DNA of 64,000 nucleotides from an uncultured Nitrospiraceae bacterium (GTDB lineage: Bacteria; Nitrospirota; Thermodesulfovibrionia; Thermodesulfovibrionales; Dissulfurispiraceae), in the NCBI GenBank assembly GCA_963705105.1, contig CAVPIW010000006.1, positions 384,001-448,000 on the forward strand, written 5' to 3'. The notes beneath the pieces were generated by a model. It worked only from the letters and a program-made list of their open reading frames with translations. It did no database searches and had not been told where the DNA came from. The position numbers and the translations under genes are program-made. Of the stretch, positions 26,119-36,254 are shown piece after piece; the stretch's first letter is position 1; the number at the start of each line of letters is the position of its first letter.

Positions 26119-29100
26119 ATGGAAGAGAAGAAAACAAAGGGACAAGGCATACACAGGAGGGATTTCCTCAAATGCACGGCCGTGCTCGGGGGAGCCATGC
26201 TCGCTTCCCAGGTGGACTGGGCCCGTGATCTCATGAAAAGGGCGGAGGCAGGCATGTTGACACCTCAGGAGGAATATGAGCTCATCAAGGCCGAAAACAT
26301 TCTGTACACTGTCTGCCTGCAGTGCAACACGGGGTGCGGCATCAAGGTGAAGTTTTTCAGGCAGAACGGGAAGGCTGTGGCCCTCAAGATCGATGGCAAC
26401 CCTTACAACCCCTTCGTTGCGGTGCCGCACCTGCCTTATAAAAGCGCGCCTTTCGAGGTGAACACCGATGACAGGTCAATCTGCCCGAAGGGCCAGGCGG
26501 GCATCCAGACGGTCTATGACCCCTACCGGATCACCAAGGTGCTCAAGAGGGCCGGCAAACGGGGTGAAAACAAATGGATGACCATATCCTTCGACAAGGC
26601 GATCGACGAGATCGTCAGCGGCGGCAAGCTCTTCAGCCAGGTGCCGGGTGAGGAAAACCGCGTCGTGACGGGGCTTAAGGATATTTACGTCCTCAGGGAC
26701 CCGAAGATCGCCAAGGAGTTGGCGGAGGACGCAAAGGCGATCGCCAAGGCAAAGGACAAGAAGCAGGCCGTCGAGGAGTTCAGGAAGAAACAGGCGGCCA
26801 ATCTGCAGTATCTCATCGACCCCGATCATCCCGACCTTGGTCCGAAGAACAACCAGCTTGTTTACATGTGGGGCCGGAAGAAGGGTGGACGCGGCGATTT
26901 CTCCGCCCGCTTTTTCGGCGATTACTTCGGGACGGTCAATACCCACGGCCACACGACAGTCTGCCAGGGGTCGCTCTATTTCACCTGCAAGGCCATGAGC
27001 GAGCAGTACGAGTTCAGCAAGTTCGGAGGGGGGCAGAAGTTCTACTGGCAGGGAGACTTTGAGAACAGCGAATACATCCTCTCCGTCGGTTCGAACCTCT
27101 TTGACGCCAACTACGGCCCGTCGAACAGGAACGTCCGGCTCATCCCACGCCTCGCCGAGGGCAAGACGAAGATGACCGTTGTGGACCCGCGCTTCAACAA
27201 GGCGGCGGCCAAGGCGAACCGCTTCCTCCCGATCATCCCCGGGACGGACGGGGCATTGTTCGCGGGCATCATCCAGTGGATCATAAAGAACCAGAAGTTT
27301 GACTCCAAATACCTGGCCTGCGCCAACAAGGCGGCGGCAAAGGCGGCAGGGGAGCCCACCTGGACGAACGCCGTCCTCCTCGTGAAGCTCGACAAGGACG
27401 GCAAGCCAGGCAAGTTCCTCAGGGCCCACGAGATCGGCCTTGTTCAACCCGAGATGCGGAAGGACAAGGACGGCAAGGAGCAGGATTTCGAATATCTCGT
27501 GGCCATGAAAGACGGCAAGCCCGTCGCCGTTGATCCCAACGACGAAAAGAACGCCGTAACGGGAGACCTGCTGGTGTCTGCAGAGATCGGCGGTATAAAG
27601 GTGAAGAGCGGCCTGCAGGTCGTGTCCGATGCGGCGAATGCGAAGTCGATGGAGGAGTGGTCGAAGATCTGCGGCATCAGTGTCAGTGATATCGAGCAGA
27701 CGGCGAAGGAGCTCACATCCTCTGGAAAGAAGGCCGTCGTCGACGTCCACAGGGGCATCGCCCAGCACACGAACGGGTTTTACAACGTCACGTCGGCCAT
27801 GACGATCAACCTCCTTCTGGGCAACTTCGACTGGAAGGGAGGCATGATCGCTGCATCGACATACAGCGGCGCGGGCGGCAAGGAGGGTCAGCCCTTCGAT
27901 CTCGGGAAACTGAAGCCCGGCAAGACCTCCAAGTTCGGCATCAGCAGCATCAGGCACGATATCAAGTACGAGGACTCGACCCTCTTCAGCGGGTATCCGG
28001 CGAAGAGAAACTGGTGGCCCCTGTCGAGCGACATCTACGAGGAGATCATCCCCTCCATCGGTGACGCCTATCCCTATCCGGTCAAAGCGCTTTTCAGCTA
28101 CATGGGCGCACCGACCTACTCTCTGCCTGCGGGCCAGACGAATATTGAGATACTGGCCGATGTGAACAGGGTGCCCCTGTATTTCTGCTCCGATATCCTC
28201 ATCGGGACGACATCGATGTATGCCGATTACATATTCCCCGACCTCAGCTATCTGGAACGCTGGGAGATGCAGGGTTCGCACCCCAACATGCCGGCGAAGG
28301 TCCAGCCGGTCAGGCAGCCCGTCATCGCCCCCATCCCTGAGACTGTGAAGGTCTTCGGCGAGGAGCAGCCCTGCTGCTACGAGACCGTCCAGCTCGCCAT
28401 TGCCGAAAAGCTCGGCATGAAGGGGTACGGGAAGGAGGGGTTCGGTCCGGGCCAGGACTTCATGCGGCCCGACGACTTCTATGTCAGGATGGTGGCGAAC
28501 GTGGCGACGGACGGGACCCCCGTCCCCGATGCGGATGACGCCGAGATGAAACTCTTTCTCGATGCGAGGAAGCATCTGCCGAAATCGGTCTTCGATCCCG
28601 AGCGCTGGCAGAAGATCGCCGGACCGAACTGGCGGAAGGTTGTCTACGTGCTCAACCGGGGCGGCCGGTTCCAGGACTACAAGGATATGTACAAGGGCGA
28701 TCTCGTCTCGAACCAGTACAAGAAGCTCATAAACCTGTACCAGGAGAAAACGGCGGGCACCAAGAACGCCTTCACCGGGAAGTCGAACCCCGGCTACGGG
28801 ACCTATGTCCCTGTCGTTACGACGATCGGGAAGTCGCCGAAGGAGGCCGGACTCGAGGAGGGCTATCCCCTCACGCTCATCACCCAGCGCGATATCCTCC
28901 AGACGAAATCGAGGACCGTCGTCGACTACTGGCTCCTGGCGATGAAGCCGGAGAACGAGATCATCGTCAATGCGTCGGATGCAAAGAAAATGGGATTCAG
29001 CGACGGTGACCGCGCAAAGGTCGTCTCGGCGACGAACCCGGAGGGCGTCTGGGACCTGAAGAACGGGACGAAGAAGCCGATGATCGGCAAGGTGAAAGTA

Positions 29101-29340
29101 ACTGAAACGATCATGCCCGGCGTCGTCACCTTCACGCTCGGCCACGGCCACTGGGCGACGGGGGCGGCGGACGTGACGATCGACGGCAAGGTCGTCAAGG
29201 GAGATCCGAGGAGGGCCACGGGCGTGCATGCCAACGCCGCCATGTGGGTCGATCCTTATCTGAAGAACACCTGTATGCTCGACCCCGTCGGCGGAAGCGT
29301 GTCCTTCTATGATACGAAGGTGCAACTGATTAAAGTATAG
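26119..29340 (+). CDS. ttrA: Tat-exported Mo/W-bisPGD oxidoreductase, TtrA/SrdA-like clade
   Basis: RRDFLK Tat motif, CLQCNTGC...CPKG Fe-S motif, GNPYNP, FGTVNTHGHTTVCQGS (Cys ligand), ADYIFPD; 1073 aa. Confidence 0.8.
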   Translation: MEEKKTKGQGIHRRDFLKCTAVLGGAMLASQVDWARDLMKRAEAGMLTPQEEYELIKAENILYTVCLQCNTGCGIKVKFFRQNGKAVALKIDGNPYNPFVAVPHLPYKSAPFEVNTDDRSICPKGQAGIQTVYDPYRITKVLKRAGKRGENKWMTISFDKAIDEIVSGGKLFSQVPGEENRVVTGLKDIYVLRDPKIAKELAEDAKAIAKAKDKKQAVEEFRKKQAANLQYLIDPDHPDLGPKNNQLVYMWGRKKGGRGDFSARFFGDYFGTVNTHGHTTVCQGSLYFTCKAMSEQYEFSKFGGGQKFYWQGDFENSEYILSVGSNLFDANYGPSNRNVRLIPRLAEGKTKMTVVDPRFNKAAAKANRFLPIIPGTDGALFAGIIQWIIKNQKFDSKYLACANKAAAKAAGEPTWTNAVLLVKLDKDGKPGKFLRAHEIGLVQPEMRKDKDGKEQDFEYLVAMKDGKPVAVDPNDEKNAVTGDLLVSAEIGGIKVKSGLQVVSDAANAKSMEEWSKICGISVSDIEQTAKELTSSGKKAVVDVHRGIAQHTNGFYNVTSAMTINLLLGNFDWKGGMIAASTYSGAGGKEGQPFDLGKLKPGKTSKFGISSIRHDIKYEDSTLFSGYPAKRNWWPLSSDIYEEIIPSIGDAYPYPVKALFSYMGAPTYSLPAGQTNIEILADVNRVPLYFCSDILIGTTSMYADYIFPDLSYLERWEMQGSHPNMPAKVQPVRQPVIAPIPETVKVFGEEQPCCYETVQLAIAEKLGMKGYGKEGFGPGQDFMRPDDFYVRMVANVATDGTPVPDADDAEMKLFLDARKHLPKSVFDPERWQKIAGPNWRKVVYVLNRGGRFQDYKDMYKGDLVSNQYKKLINLYQEKTAGTKNAFTGKSNPGYGTYVPVVTTIGKSPKEAGLEEGYPLTLITQRDILQTKSRTVVDYWLLAMKPENEIIVNASDAKKMGFSDGDRAKVVSATNPEGVWDLKNGTKKPMIGKVKVTETIMPGVVTFTLGHGHWATGAADVTIDGKVVKGDPRRATGVHANAAMWVDPYLKNTCMLDPVGGSVSFYDTKVQLIKV

Positions 29341-29353
29341 GAAGAAAGGACAA

Positions 29354-29402
29354 CGGGACATGAGCGGGGGAGCGGCCATATATGCCCCCCGCTCATGTCC
29401 CG
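29354..29402 (+). terminator. strong hairpin after the ttrA-like gene
   Basis: CGGGACATGAGCGGGGG...CCCCCGCTCATGTCCCG 17-bp stem; no clear U-tract. Confidence 0.6.
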
Positions 29403-29465
29403 GAGGGTTAAGAAAAGGCAATGCCCTTGAAAATGATCTGAAAGCCGTTTTGTATCTTACATTAC

Positions 29466-29676
29466 CCTTATCGTTGCAATACACTCCCGGGAAAGGCGGG
29501 GCTGGGGTGAATGCGCCGAAAACCTTGCTGCGGCGACACCTGTATCAAAACGAAAAATGAACTATTCGCCAATGGTCGATGACACAAAGAGTGGAATCCT
29601 GAAACACGAAGCTGACGAGGCGTATCGTCGCCTTCAGCGAGGCTTTGAGGCGCTTCGCCCCGCCTTTTCATGCAAC
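29466..29676 (+). repeat. family A element, copy 6
   Basis: 211 bp, nearly identical to copy 1. Confidence 0.9.
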
Positions 29677-29986
29677 AGAAAGGTTACCTCCGGAAGCGGC
29701 GCGCTCTCGCAGCAGCGCGGCATGTGTGTGCCGACGCTTTTAAAGGTGTTAAAGGGCTGAAGCACGCCCTTCATGTCTTCCTTGATTTTCGACTACAGAC
29801 AAAAGGGACAGGCAAGCCGGCAGATAAAACCCGAGAAGCTCAGGGGCATTATTTTTGCCGGGCAACCGTAATTTGCGCAGATGAAGCACATTCTAACCAC
29901 CGCCCATCTTAATTTTTTTGCGTCGGCAGTGACGCCGACACCGATTAATACCATGGCAATCAAACAGATGAACCATCCTACTCTCT

Positions 29987-30058
29987 GTCATTCCGGCTTG
30001 TCCGGAATCCCTCTCATTTTCAGAAGGATTGCCGACGCGCTCCGCTTGCGGCAATGAC
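29987..30058. repeat. GTCATT...AATGAC REP-like palindrome (family B)
   Basis: Related copies at 39196-39302, 53702-53905, 55085 and 55201. Confidence 0.65.
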
Positions 30059-30359
30059 GCTGTTGTAAGTATTCAATTGCCGGGTTAATAATATGGAGCC
30101 CACGGTCGCAATGGTCACAATAAACCTTCCGCTTATCGCTTCCACCATGTTGCTCCACAATAATATATCGACCATGAGACCGTATTTCATTATCACCGGA
30201 CCGTTCCGGTGCGAGACCTGCGATGCATGTTCAGATTCATTGAGGTTGCCCGAGAATTTTGCCGCAAAAAAACATGACCTCGTTTTAAGGTTTCACTGAA
30301 GGCTTTTTTGAATAGGTGGGATGATGCCATTCGTGAAAAAATGTGATAATCTATGAAGT

Positions 30360-30965
30360 ATGAGACCGCATGATTTTGAAGCCCTGCTGCAGGAATCGGT
30401 GAAGATCCACGGGCACCTCTGTCCCGGACAGGTCCTGGGCGTGCGGATGGCCCTTTACGGGCTCCATAAGATCGGCATTCAGGACCCGCGGGGAAAAGAC
30501 AGAAAAAAGATAGTCCTCTTCGTCGAGATCGACCGGTGCGCGACGGATGCGCTTCAGTCCGTCACGGGCTGCAGCCTCGGCCACCGGACAATGAAGTTCG
30601 TCGATCACGGCAAGATGGCGGCCACATTCGTCAATCTGGAAACGGGAGATGCCGTGCGTGTCGTGGCGAGGGAAGAGGCCCGGGAAAAGGCGAAGGATTA
30701 TGTCTCAGGCATCGAGGACAAGTATAAGCGCCAGCTCGAAGCATACAAGATCATGCCCGACGAAGAGCTGTTCACACATGAGTCCGTCCGTGTCAGCATC
30801 CCGCCTGAGGACATGCCCGGCAGGCCCCTTTCGAGGGTACGGTGCGAAGTCTGCGGTGAGTATGTACAGGACAAACGTGAAATAGAGGAAGAGGGGAGGG
30901 TGCTCTGCAGGGCCTGCGCCCGGAGCGGATATTTCGAAACAGTTGAGAGGTGCTCGGACCATTGA
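30360..30965 (+). CDS. FmdE-family protein with C-terminal C4 zinc finger
   Basis: HGHLCPGQVLG, EIDRCATDA, TGCSLG, CEVC...CRAC. Confidence 0.9.
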   Translation: MRPHDFEALLQESVKIHGHLCPGQVLGVRMALYGLHKIGIQDPRGKDRKKIVLFVEIDRCATDALQSVTGCSLGHRTMKFVDHGKMAATFVNLETGDAVRVVAREEAREKAKDYVSGIEDKYKRQLEAYKIMPDEELFTHESVRVSIPPEDMPGRPLSRVRCEVCGEYVQDKREIEEEGRVLCRACARSGYFETVERCSDH

Positions 30966-30999
30966 ATATTGAGTTTCTATGAAAACTGTCATGGATTTT

Positions 31000-31205
31000 A
31001 TAATGCCTATGCATACGGGAAAGGCGGGGCTGGGGTGAATGCGCCGAAAACCTTGCTGCGGCGACACCTGTATCGTCACGGAAGATACGCTATAAGCCGA
31101 TGGTCGGTAGAACAGAGAAGTGGAACCCTGAAAAAGAACCTCACAATGCTCATCGTCGCCTTCAGCAAGGCTTTGAGGCGCTTCGCCCGGCCTTTTTCGG
31201 CAGCG
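31000..31205 (+). repeat. family A element, copy 7
   Basis: GGAAAGGCGGGGCTGGGGTGAATGCGCCGAAAACCTTG...CAAGGCTTTGAGGCGC. Confidence 0.85.
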
Positions 31206-31245
31206 ACGAGGTAGACAGGGATGCTTTGATATATTTTTTGCCGTT

Positions 31246-31268
31246 CGTTATGCACATTTGCAATAACG
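31246..31268 (+). promoter_or_regulatory. ModE-box-like palindrome
   Basis: CGTTAT-N11-ATAACG just upstream of the ModE-fusion start. Confidence 0.55.
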
Positions 31269-31284
31269 CCTGCTGAGGTGAGTC

Positions 31285-32766
31285 ATGGAGATACGATCGA
31301 AGATCTGGATCGAGGTCAACAACGAGCCTGTTTTCGGGAGGGGCAGGCGGTTCCTCCTGGAAGCGATCGACAAACACGGCTCGATCAACAGGGCCGCAAA
31401 GGAGATCAACATTTCCTACCGGAAGGCCTGGAGCTACATCAATGCCATGGAGGAACGCCTTGGCATCAGGCTTGTGGACCGCCAGAGCGGCGGGAAAAAC
31501 GGCGGCGGTGCGCAGTTGACCCGGGAGGCCCGGGAATTCCTCAGGGGGTACGAGCGGCTTGAGGAGGGGATCAGGGGCTATGTTGACGAGCGTTTCCGGT
31601 CGATCGTCTTTCAAACGGAGGAACCTTCCCCGCCGGGAAACGGAAACGGAGGCAGCAGGCGGGGCGCAGGTATGACCAAGGTGCCCGTTGAGGACGCCGT
31701 CGGCATGGCCCTCGGACACGACATCACGGAGATCAGGCAGGGTGAGTTCAAAGGGAGGGCCTTCCGGAAGGGCCACATTGTCAGGCAGGAGGATCTCGAT
31801 CATCTCCGGAACCTCGGCAAGGAACATCTCTTTGTCCTTGCCATCGCAGAGGACGAGATGCATGAGAACGAGGCCGCCCATGCCCTCGCAGAGGCCCTGA
31901 TGGGAACGGGTGTTGTCGCCGAGGGGGAGCCGAAGGAAGGCAAGATCAACATCGTCGCCGGCAGAGACGGCCTGTTCAGGGTGAATGCTGACAAACTGAC
32001 TGAGTTCAACATGCTCGGCGAGGTGATGTGCGCCACCATCCATACGCATACAGTCGTCAGGAAGGGGCAACTCGTCGCAGGTACAAGGGCGATTCCGCTC
32101 ATCATCAGGCGCGATATCGTTCAGGAGGCGGTGGATATCGCAAAATCTTCAGTGGGACTGCTCGACGTGGCTGAAATGAGGAGACCGAGGGCCGGCATCG
32201 TCATTACAGGCAACGAGGTGTACAGCGGCAGGGTCAAGGATGCCTTTGCGCCGGTCATTACGAAGAAGATCGAACAGTACGGCGGCACGGTCGTCGGCGT
32301 CGCCTATGCGCCCGATGACGAAAGGATCATCGGGGAAAGGCTGCGGGAGATGATCGAGGCCGGTGCCGACCTCCTCATCACGACGGGAGGGATGTCCGTC
32401 GATCCCGATGACGTGACTCGGTTCGCAGTGCGCAGCCTTGGCGCTGTGGATATGACCTACGGATCGGCGGTTCTCCCCGGCGCCATGGTGCTCGTCGCGT
32501 ATGTCGAAAACCAGTCGACGGCCGGCAGTCGCCAAGCAGCATTCAGGAAGCATCAAGCCAATACGGAGAGTAAGCAGGAGGTGATCCCTGTTCTGGGCAT
32601 CCCCGCCTGCGGGATGTATCACAAGACGACGATCTTCGATCTCGTCCTGCCGCGAATCCTGGCAGGCGAGAGGATCGGGCGGCGCGAGCTGGCGGAACTC
32701 GGTCACGGCGGCCTCTGCCTGAACTGCAAGGAATGCCGTTTCCCCGTCTGTCCCTTCGGGAAATGA
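31285..32766 (+). CDS. ModE-type winged-HTH fused to a MoeA-like molybdopterin-binding protein
   Basis: GSINRAAKEINISYRKAW...GGGAQLT, then GHDITEI, ITGNEV, TTGGMSVDPDD, GGLCLNCKECRFPVCPFG. Confidence 0.85.
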   Translation: MEIRSKIWIEVNNEPVFGRGRRFLLEAIDKHGSINRAAKEINISYRKAWSYINAMEERLGIRLVDRQSGGKNGGGAQLTREAREFLRGYERLEEGIRGYVDERFRSIVFQTEEPSPPGNGNGGSRRGAGMTKVPVEDAVGMALGHDITEIRQGEFKGRAFRKGHIVRQEDLDHLRNLGKEHLFVLAIAEDEMHENEAAHALAEALMGTGVVAEGEPKEGKINIVAGRDGLFRVNADKLTEFNMLGEVMCATIHTHTVVRKGQLVAGTRAIPLIIRRDIVQEAVDIAKSSVGLLDVAEMRRPRAGIVITGNEVYSGRVKDAFAPVITKKIEQYGGTVVGVAYAPDDERIIGERLREMIEAGADLLITTGGMSVDPDDVTRFAVRSLGAVDMTYGSAVLPGAMVLVAYVENQSTAGSRQAAFRKHQANTESKQEVIPVLGIPACGMYHKTTIFDLVLPRILAGERIGRRELAELGHGGLCLNCKECRFPVCPFGK

Positions 32767-32806
32767 GAAGCGTCGCCTCCCTGAGACATTCCGTTTCCCG
32801 GACTCC

Positions 32807-33421
32807 ATGGGGTCACCTGTGAAACGTTGTGAATGGGCGAGCAGGACTGGGCTCGAGCAATCCTATCACGACAAGGAGTGGGGCGTACCGATTCACGACG
32901 ACAGGAGCCTCTTCGAGTTCCTGGTGCTGGAAGGTGCGCAGGCAGGCTTGAGCTGGTCCACCATTCTGAGAAAGCGTGAAGCATACAGAAAAGCCTTCGA
33001 TAATTTTGACGCTCAAAAAATCTCCCGATACTCTGAGCATGACGTGTCACGATTGCTCGCTGATGCCGGAATTATTCGGAACAGGCTCAAGATCAACGCC
33101 GCCATCGCGAACACCGGCGCCTTCCTGCGGGTGCAGGAACAATTCGGAAGTTTTGACCGTTACATCTGGCAGTTTGTTAACGGAAGGCCTGTTCAGAACT
33201 CGTGGGAAAGGATGACCGATATTCCACCCAGCACTCCTGAGTCCGAAGCCATGAGCAGAGATCTGAAGGAGAGAGGGTTCAAATTCGTCGGGCCGACGAT
33301 ATGTTATGCCTTCATGCAGGCTGTCGGTATGGTCAACGATCATATCGTCGGTTGTTTCAGATACGCAGAGCTCAGGAATATGGATAAGCATGACAACAAG
33401 GAGGAAAAACAATGCTGGTGA
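32807..33421 (+). CDS. tag: DNA-3-methyladenine glycosylase I
   Basis: [31 protein letters not shown]. Confidence 0.95.
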   Translation: MGSPVKRCEWASRTGLEQSYHDKEWGVPIHDDRSLFEFLVLEGAQAGLSWSTILRKREAYRKAFDNFDAQKISRYSEHDVSRLLADAGIIRNRLKINAAIANTGAFLRVQEQFGSFDRYIWQFVNGRPVQNSWERMTDIPPSTPESEAMSRDLKERGFKFVGPTICYAFMQAVGMVNDHIVGCFRYAELRNMDKHDNKEEKQCW

Positions 33422-33732
33422 CAACGACTCCAGGGATTGAAGGCAAGCGCATCACGAAGTACTACGGTGTCGTCGCAGGTGAAGCGATTCTCGGCGCCAA
33501 CATCTTCAAGGATCTCTTTGCAGGCATCCGTGACCTCGTGGGAGGAAGGTCTGCCACATACGAGCGCGAACTGCAGCGGGCGAGGGATATTGCCCTGAAG
33601 GAGCTTCAGGAGAGGGCGATGGAGCTTGGCGCCAACGCCGTGGTCGGAGTGGACCTGGACTACGAGGTGCTTGGTGAAGGAAACGGAATGCTGATGGTTT
33701 CTGCGAGCGGAACGGCCGTATTAGTAGAATGA
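33412..33732 (+). CDS. ybjQ: YbjQ/UPF0145 family protein
   Basis: [31 protein letters not shown]. Confidence 0.92.
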   Translation: MLVTTTPGIEGKRITKYYGVVAGEAILGANIFKDLFAGIRDLVGGRSATYERELQRARDIALKELQERAMELGANAVVGVDLDYEVLGEGNGMLMVSASGTAVLVE

Positions 33733-33751
33733 CAAACGGACGAAGGCCCGT

Positions 33752-33955
33752 CCATCGAAGTGACTCATTGGCTGCAAGGGTTTCTTCAAATCCACGGCTT
33801 GCCTGAGTGACCGCCGACTCACCGAGACCAAAGGGTTCTGCAATCTCCTTCAACGACCAACCGCGGTAGCGGTGCGCAACGTAGAGGGTCGCCTTTTTCC
33901 TCAGTGCCGCATCGCCCCGGAACTCCTCGTCAACAGCGCCGATAATGTCATCCAT
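33752..33955 (-). pseudogene. C-terminal HTH remnant of a Y1/RAYT-like transposase
   Basis: LYVAHRYRGWSLKEIAEPFGLGESAVTQASR resembles the DnaA-C-like HTH tail of these transposases. Confidence 0.5.
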
Positions 33956-33971
33956 AGATCGCCGCGTCAAT

Positions 33972-34135
33972 CTTATCGTTGCAATACACTCCCGGGAAAG
34001 GCGGGGCTGGGCGTATGCGCCGAAAACCTTGCTGCGGCGACTCCTGTATCGCGATGACCTTTTTGCTGACACTCACACTGTCACTGACACTGTTTTTCAG
34101 AGTGCTTCGCCCCGCCTTTCAATGCAACGACAAGG
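33972..34135 (+). repeat. family A element, copy 8 (clear terminal inverted repeat)
   Basis: CTTATCGTTGCA...TGCAACGACAAGG. Confidence 0.85.
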
Positions 34136-34359
34136 TCAACACTTTCAGGGTTGCGAAATCGTTGCTTTTCCCGTGAAGACTGTTTCGACGGTCGATGCCA
34201 CAAAGGATGGCATCCTGATAAAGGAACTTAGAATGATCAAAGGTAAAGGGACGACCTCGCCCTGACTGACACTGACACCGACACTCTTCTGCATGTAGTA
34301 TAAAAGATGCTGTTAAACCTTATTGATTCCCCGATGTCCCATAATTCAGAGATACGGTG

Positions 34360-34905
34360 ATGGACGAAGACATCCGGTTGATTGAAGATCATCTTTCCGG
34401 CCGGGACGGCGCCCTCGATGAACTCGTTGTCAAGTACCAGAAGATGATATTCGGACTTACGTACCGCATGACACATGACGTGGAAGACGCGAAGGACCTG
34501 ACGCAGAAGACGTTTCTCCAGGCATTCAGGGGCCTCGGGAACTTCAGGAGGGATGCCTCCTTCAAGACCTGGCTCTACCAGATCGCGATCAACACGTGCA
34601 TCAGTCACGTGAGAAAAAAAGGGTATGACGAACGTGAAGTGGACGACACGATTGCGGGAAAGCAGCAGGGCGCCCTCTCGGAGCTGATCGAAAAGGAAAA
34701 GAAGGAGTATATAAAAGAATGTCTCTCGTCGCTTCCGGAGCGTCAGAGGGCGGCGCTGGTGCTGAGGGTGTACGAGGGGCTCAGCTGCGCCGAGACCGCC
34801 TCGGCGATGGGATGTTCCGAAGGCGCAGTCAAGGCCCACTATCATCATGCAGTGAAGAAGCTGCGAAATCTGTTTGCGGAGAAAGGATATGAAGTCAGGA
34901 CATGA
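34360..34905 (+). CDS. ECF sigma factor
   Basis: DAKDLTQKTF, SFKTWLYQIAIN, LPERQR, GAVKAH. Confidence 0.92.
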   Translation: MDEDIRLIEDHLSGRDGALDELVVKYQKMIFGLTYRMTHDVEDAKDLTQKTFLQAFRGLGNFRRDASFKTWLYQIAINTCISHVRKKGYDEREVDDTIAGKQQGALSELIEKEKKEYIKECLSSLPERQRAALVLRVYEGLSCAETASAMGCSEGAVKAHYHHAVKKLRNLFAEKGYEVRT

Positions 34906-35461
34906 CGAAATAGGAAACCTGCTGCCCGAATATGCCAGGGGCGCGTTGCCCGGCGAGAGGTATGAAGCCGTTGAGGATCATCTCCGGGAGTGCGCGGAGT
35001 GCCGGGAAGAGCGGGAGATGCTGGTAACCCTCTCGGAGGTTGCCGTGCCGGATCCGGGAGACCTCTACTGGAAGACCCTCCCGCAGCGCGTGAGGGGCGA
35101 CCTGAAAGAGCCGCAATCCCCGTCGCGATGGTCGTCCATTGTGTCTTTCCTCCTGAGACCGTTGCCGGTTGCGGCGGCTGCCGTTCTGATGATCTTCGTC
35201 CTGGTGTTGTCTCTATCGTCAAACCGGGAGGTGCAGACCGTCGACCCCCTGTTTCAGGACCCCCTGAGGGCAGACATTCTTGACTACTCCGACATCAACG
35301 AGAGGGATGTCTCCATGATAGCGAGGCGGATGATCGCCGAGACTGACGCACCGATAGAGAACTTCTCTGACGAACCCTATCACCGGGACCTCGCAACGCT
35401 CGATGCGCGTGAGGTCAGGACGCTCGCAGAGGAACTGGAAAGAGAGCAACGAGGAGGTTAA
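34889..35461 (+). CDS. ZAS (zf-HC2) membrane anti-sigma factor
   Basis: HLRECAEC motif plus a TM helix. Confidence 0.85.
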   Translation: MKSGHDEIGNLLPEYARGALPGERYEAVEDHLRECAECREEREMLVTLSEVAVPDPGDLYWKTLPQRVRGDLKEPQSPSRWSSIVSFLLRPLPVAAAAVLMIFVLVLSLSSNREVQTVDPLFQDPLRADILDYSDINERDVSMIARRMIAETDAPIENFSDEPYHRDLATLDAREVRTLAEELEREQRGG

Positions 35462-35979
35462 TGATAATGATGAGGAAGATGAAGATCATTGTCCTGTGTC
35501 TGGTGGTTTCCGGCGTGCTGAATCCCGGGACCGGCAATGCCGAACAACAGGATGGAGAGCACATCATGACGAGGGCGCAGATGGAAAAGGTGAGGGAGCG
35601 AATCGAGACCCTGAAGATGCTGAGGATGACAAAGGCGCTCGAACTGGATGAACGTTCATCGGCCCTCGTTTTTCCTCTCCTGAACAGATACGATAAGAAA
35701 CGGGCCGATATCGAACTCTCCCTTTGGAACGGTCTGCGGGAGCTGAGGGAGTCGCTGAAAGAAAAACGTGAAACAAGGCTCAGGGCCCTGATTGAAAAAA
35801 TCGAGTCCGATCACAAAACCATCGAGCGGATCAACGACGAAGAGCGGGTTGAGCTGAAAAAGGTACTGAGCGTTGAGCAGCAGGCCCGGTTTATCCTCTT
35901 CCAGCGGGAATTCAACAGGGACATCAAGAGGATCATCACGGACACCCGGGAAAGAAGGCTTGAAAAGACCCGACAGTAG
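35461..35979 (+). CDS. periplasmic helical protein (Spy/CpxP or metal-sensor-like)
   Basis: Signal peptide, coiled coil, VLSVEQQARF. Confidence 0.6.
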   Translation: MIMMRKMKIIVLCLVVSGVLNPGTGNAEQQDGEHIMTRAQMEKVRERIETLKMLRMTKALELDERSSALVFPLLNRYDKKRADIELSLWNGLRELRESLKEKRETRLRALIEKIESDHKTIERINDEERVELKKVLSVEQQARFILFQREFNRDIKRIITDTRERRLEKTRQ

Positions 35980-35984
35980 GTAAA

Positions 35985-36168
35985 CCTTATCGTTGCACCC
36001 GGGCATCCGGAAAAGCGGGGCGAAGATGGCGAAAAGCCTTGGTGCTGCGAAACCTTTGCCTTCCCATACGGATCATGTCAGGCTGACGGTTGAAAGAAGG
36101 TGAACCTTCTGCTGATACTGACACTGACACTGTCTTTCAGAGCACTTTGTCCCGCCTTTTCATTCAAC
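35985..36168 (+). repeat. family A element, copy 9
   Basis: CCTTATCGTTGCA...GACACTGACACT...CCCGCCTTTT. Confidence 0.8.
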
Positions 36169-36254
36169 TGGTAAGTAAAGTTTTCCCCTCCCGCCTCCGA
36201 TAGATGAGAAAAGCACAGAGATGCATAATGCCCATCTCATGGAGGAGGCGCACA

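Noticed and set aside
26476..29484. 1002-aa minus-strand ORF and similar long antisense ORFs (e.g. 27-845, 10085-11050, 24816-26255, 46124-47260, 50556-51746)
   Set aside because: They are shadows of clearly identified genes on the opposite strand, typical of GC-rich codon usage, and carry no motifs.
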